Origin: an uncultured bacterium
GTDB taxonomy: Bacteria; Desulfobacterota; Deferrimicrobia; Deferrimicrobiales; Deferrimicrobiaceae
Assembly: GCA_963764045.1 (NCBI GenBank)
Contig: CAVXQW010000003.1
Coordinates: 4,647-68,646 of the forward strand
Length of the DNA stretch: 64,000 nucleotides
Direction: 5' to 3'
Shown here in pieces: positions 60,833-64,000 of the stretch. Numbering within the stretch: the first letter of the stretch is position 1; each line of letters starts with the position of its first letter. A model generated the notes under the pieces. That model did not search any database. It was not told the DNA's origin and worked only from the letters and a program-made list of their open reading frames with translations. The position numbers were made by a program, and so were the translations under genes.

Positions 60833-62108
60833 TTACTTCCGCGTTTTCCAGGCGGGGAACGGCCAGATCACATCCGCGGCGGCGGACTCGAACGGCCACA
60901 CGGTGACGTAATTCTGGTTCTGGATCTGCACGAGGATCCCCCGCGCGTGGATGTTCTGGTGGCTCTGCGGGTCGAACTGGATCCCCTTCCAGGGGTAAAG
61001 GACCTGGTCGCCCGGGATGTTCGTGGAAAGGAGCGCCTTCACCACCGCCTCGGCCTCCGTGGTCTTGGCGCGGTTCATCGCGTCGGCGATGACGAAGGGG
61101 GCCGTGAAGCTGCGGGCGGCGTTTTCGCTCATGTCGATGCCGTACTTCTTCTTGAACAGCTCGTTCACCTTGGTGACCAGCGGCTTGTTCTTCCCGAGGT
61201 CGAGGGCGAAGGTGGAACGAACGATGATGTCGTTTCCGTCCGCCTTGACGGCCGGCAGGTACCCCGGCTCGATGTAGCCGGCGTACGTCATGAGCCCTTT
61301 CGGGACGAACCCCATCTCCCGGAAGGTCTTGGTGAAGAGGATGGCGTCGGTGATGTAGGAGGCGTGCATCAGCACGTCGGGGTTCGCGTTGATGAGCCGC
61401 CCGACCTCGCTCGTCACGTCGGTGGCGTTGGCCGCGTAGGAGATGTCCGCGACGACCTTGAAGCCGAACTCCGGCGCGAGTTTCAGGATCTGCTTCCCGA
61501 CGTTGGAGCCGAACTCGGTGTTCTCGTAGAGGGCGGCGATCGTGCCGATCTTCACGCCCTTGGCCTTCTCGAGGTCCTTCAGGAACTGCATCTGGTCGCG
61601 CGCGAAGATCGCGTCGTGCGGGCTGACCCGGAAGAAGTACTTCAGGCCCCGCTCGGTGAGGGTGGGAGACGAGGAGTCGGAGCAGACGTACGGAATCTTG
61701 AGCCGCTCGGTCGCCTGGCTCGCCGTCTTCGTCACGGAGCTCTGGTACGCCCCGATCATCCCGACGACCTTTTCCTGGGTGACCAGCCGCTCGGCCTCGG
61801 CCTGCCCGTTCTTCGGTTCCCCCTTCGTGTCGGCGACGACCAGTTTCAGCTTGGCGCCCCCGAGGTTGGGAAGCCCGGCGCCCTTGGCCAGCGGAAGGTT
61901 CAGTTCGGGGTACTTGCCGTTGATGATGTCCACCGCGAGTTCCGCTCCGTGCAGGCAGTCGAGGCCCGTGGAGGCGATGTTCCCCGTCAAGCGGGTAGAC
62001 GGCGCCGATCCGGATCTCCTTGTCCGCCGCGGTTCCGGCGGAGGCAAGCGACAGCGACAACAGCAGAGTCAGAGCGAACGACAGAGTGCGGCTTCGTTTT
62101 CCGTGCAT
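60833..62108 (-). CDS. Liv-type ABC substrate-binding protein (frameshift near 61990)
   Basis: Signal peptide + IRIGAVYP in one frame; LTG...GAYQSSVT, ENTEFG, TVWP in the other. Confidence 0.88.
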
Positions 62109-62177
62109 CGTGCCCTCCTTTGTGGTGTACTTCGGTTGATTTCGCACAGCTTTCCCGTTCCGCCCCGGCGGAATCCC

Positions 62178-62930
62178 CTAACTTGCCTTCTTCTGCGCCG
62201 TCCCGGCCCGCGATTTCGACTCTGACGCCGCGCCGGTCCGCCGGGGTGACGGCGCCGCGACGGCCCCGCTTCTCTTGGTCCGGTCGTACCCCTCCCACGC
62301 GCGCTTTACCGCCTCGATATGCGCTGCGATGAGCTCCTGGGCTTTTTTGCCGTCCCGCTTCCGGATCGCTTTTGCGATCTGGGGGTGGAAACGGTTCGCC
62401 TTCTCGATCGTTCCCCGCAGCATGTGGGTCCGCTCCTGCAGGTAGTACAAGAGGTCCTGGATATTATCGAGAAAAGCGGATAGCAGTACGTTCCTCGACA
62501 TCCGCGCGATGGCAAGGTGGAATTCGAGGTCGTTCTTCGTGTAGGCAACGTAGTCGCGGTTCCGGAAATCCTCCTCCATCACCGCCACGATCCGGCCAAG
62601 GCGGGTTTGCTCCTCGTCCGTCGCGTTCCGGGAGGCGAGAAAAACGGCGGCCATCTCCACGTATTTCCGGGCGTCGAGGATATCCATGATGGAGGGGATG
62701 TTCCGGTCGAGAAAGGTACCGCCGCCCTGGCGGATGTGGACGAGCCCCATCAGGGAGAGCTTATGGATCGCCTCCCGGACGGAGACGGCGCTCATCCCGT
62801 ACTCCCGGGTCATTTTCACGATGGACGGGAGTCGTTCCCCGGCGGCGAGCTTCCCCTGGAAGATCTGGTCCAGGATGATGCGGACGAGGTTGTCGCCGAC
62901 CTTCTTCGCCACCCGACCCCCGGATGTCAT
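62178..62930 (-). CDS. FadR/GntR family regulator
   Basis: GERLPS...SVREA wHTH, DLEFHLAIA FCD domain. Confidence 0.88.
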   Translation of the reverse strand: MTSGGRVAKKVGDNLVRIILDQIFQGKLAAGERLPSIVKMTREYGMSAVSVREAIHKLSLMGLVHIRQGGGTFLDRNIPSIMDILDARKYVEMAAVFLASRNATDEEQTRLGRIVAVMEEDFRNRDYVAYTKNDLEFHLAIARMSRNVLLSAFLDNIQDLLYYLQERTHMLRGTIEKANRFHPQIAKAIRKRDGKKAQELIAAHIEAVKRAWEGYDRTKRSGAVAAPSPRRTGAASESKSRAGTAQKKAS

Positions 62931-62966
62931 AGGATGATCCTATCTTCCAATTCGCCTCTATCGATG

Positions 62967-63689
62967 TCAAGGGGAAACGCGAGGGGTCAGATCGCTTTGC
63001 GATAGGCCAGACCGGCGCTCCAGCCAGCGGGACAGCTCCGTGAAGGCGAAGCAGATGACGAAGTAGATGACCGCGATGAAGATGAAGATCTCGGTGGGGT
63101 ACAACATCGTCCGGTTGTTGATCTGGGTGGCGATCTGGGTGAGCTCCGTTACCCCGACGATGAAGGCCAGCGAGGTGTCCTTGATCATCGACACGAACTG
63201 GTTGACGAAGGACGGGATCATGTTCCGCAGCGCCTGCGGGAGGATGATGTGGATCATCGCCTGCCCGTGGGACAGCCCGGTCGAGATCGCCGCCTCCATC
63301 TGCCCCTTCGGAATCCCGACGATCCCCGCGCGCACGATCTCGGACATGTAGGCGGAGGTGAACAGGGTGAGCGCCACGATGATCGTCCACGACGCCGAGA
63401 TCCCCCCCCCCAGCATCGCCGGCAGAAGGAAGAACATCCAGAAGATGATCATCAGCAGCGGCATCCCGCGGATCGACTGGATGACCGCCGTCGATCCCCA
63501 CTTGATCATGCGGTTCCGTGAGACGCTCAAGAGCCCGAGGATCAGCCCGCCGAGGAAGGAGAGGGCCAGGGACACCACGGCGAGGTACAGGGTGAGCCCC
63601 ACGCCGCCGAGCGGGCCCTTCGGGTACCGGCCGATGAAGAAGTAGGACAGATTGTCCCGGACGACGGAGAAGTCGAGCCCGCCGATCAC
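62967..63689 (-). CDS. Polar amino acid ABC transporter permease
   Basis: RGMPLL, AYMSEIVRAGI, GQMEAA, ILPQA, IKDTSL. Confidence 0.92.
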   Translation of the reverse strand: MIGGLDFSVVRDNLSYFFIGRYPKGPLGGVGLTLYLAVVSLALSFLGGLILGLLSVSRNRMIKWGSTAVIQSIRGMPLLMIIFWMFFLLPAMLGGGISASWTIIVALTLFTSAYMSEIVRAGIVGIPKGQMEAAISTGLSHGQAMIHIILPQALRNMIPSFVNQFVSMIKDTSLAFIVGVTELTQIATQINNRTMLYPTEIFIFIAVIYFVICFAFTELSRWLERRSGLSQSDLTPRVSP

Positions 63690-63690
63690 T

Positions 63691-64000
63691 TCAACGCACC
63701 TTCAGGGGCTGGAGGACCTTCTTGTCGTAGAGGGTCATCAGCCCGGTGATGGTGAAGGAAAGCATAAGGTATACCATCGTCGCCGCGGAAAACGCTTCGA
63801 ACCCCTTGAAGGTGTAGCTCTCCACCTGCCGGGCCTGGTACATCAGTTCCGCGACGCCGATCGTCATCGCCAGCGACGAGTTCTTCATCAGGTTCAGGAA
63901 CTGGTTGATGAGCGGCGGGATCGTGAGACGCACCGCCTGCGGCAGGATGATGTACTGCATCGAACGGATATAGGAGAAGCCGGAGCTGCGCGCCGCCTCC
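63691..64000 (-). CDS. Polar amino acid ABC transporter permease (partial, runs off the window)
   Basis: EAARSSG...ILPQA, KNSSLA, ELMYQA. Confidence 0.88.
   Translation of the reverse strand, partial: EAARSSGFSYIRSMQYIILPQAVRLTIPPLINQFLNLMKNSSLAMTIGVAELMYQARQVESYTFKGFEAFSAATMVYLMLSFTITGLMTLYDKKVLQPLKVR

Overview
A 64-kb GC-rich bacterial window. Gene content is Deltaproteobacteria/Desulfobacterota-like; a Ca. Deferrimicrobium-type lineage is a guess. From left to right: (1) a decayed ppk2-gnd' block and a visibly lower-GC cassette (small membrane peptide, monoheme cytochrome c, Cyc2-type cytochrome-porin, DUF302) that ends at a degenerate 3' half of a tRNA-Leu (att-like scar) next to recombinase remnants; (2) an HlyD/ABC/OMF efflux operon and a GT2; (3) an unusual sigma54-driven operon with three divergent GcvH-fold proteins flanking a Tat-exported 4Fe-4S subunit and an NrfD/HybB-type membrane subunit with no catalytic subunit, preceded by a heme-c sensor kinase / archaemetzincin / NtrC-type activator operon; (4) signalling genes (HEAT + HD-GYP, PilT + MshEN-REC-DUF4388) and housekeeping genes (gltBD, pgm, photolyase); (5) a ~20-kb 2-hydroxy-acid catabolic region with two FadR regulators, glcD/glcF, lutABC, two Liv-type ABC systems, a LarA-family racemase, a glycerate kinase and a beta-hydroxyacid dehydrogenase. 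About 14 genes carry single-base frameshifts, most likely assembly errors. Product calls come from motif recognition only; no database searches were run.
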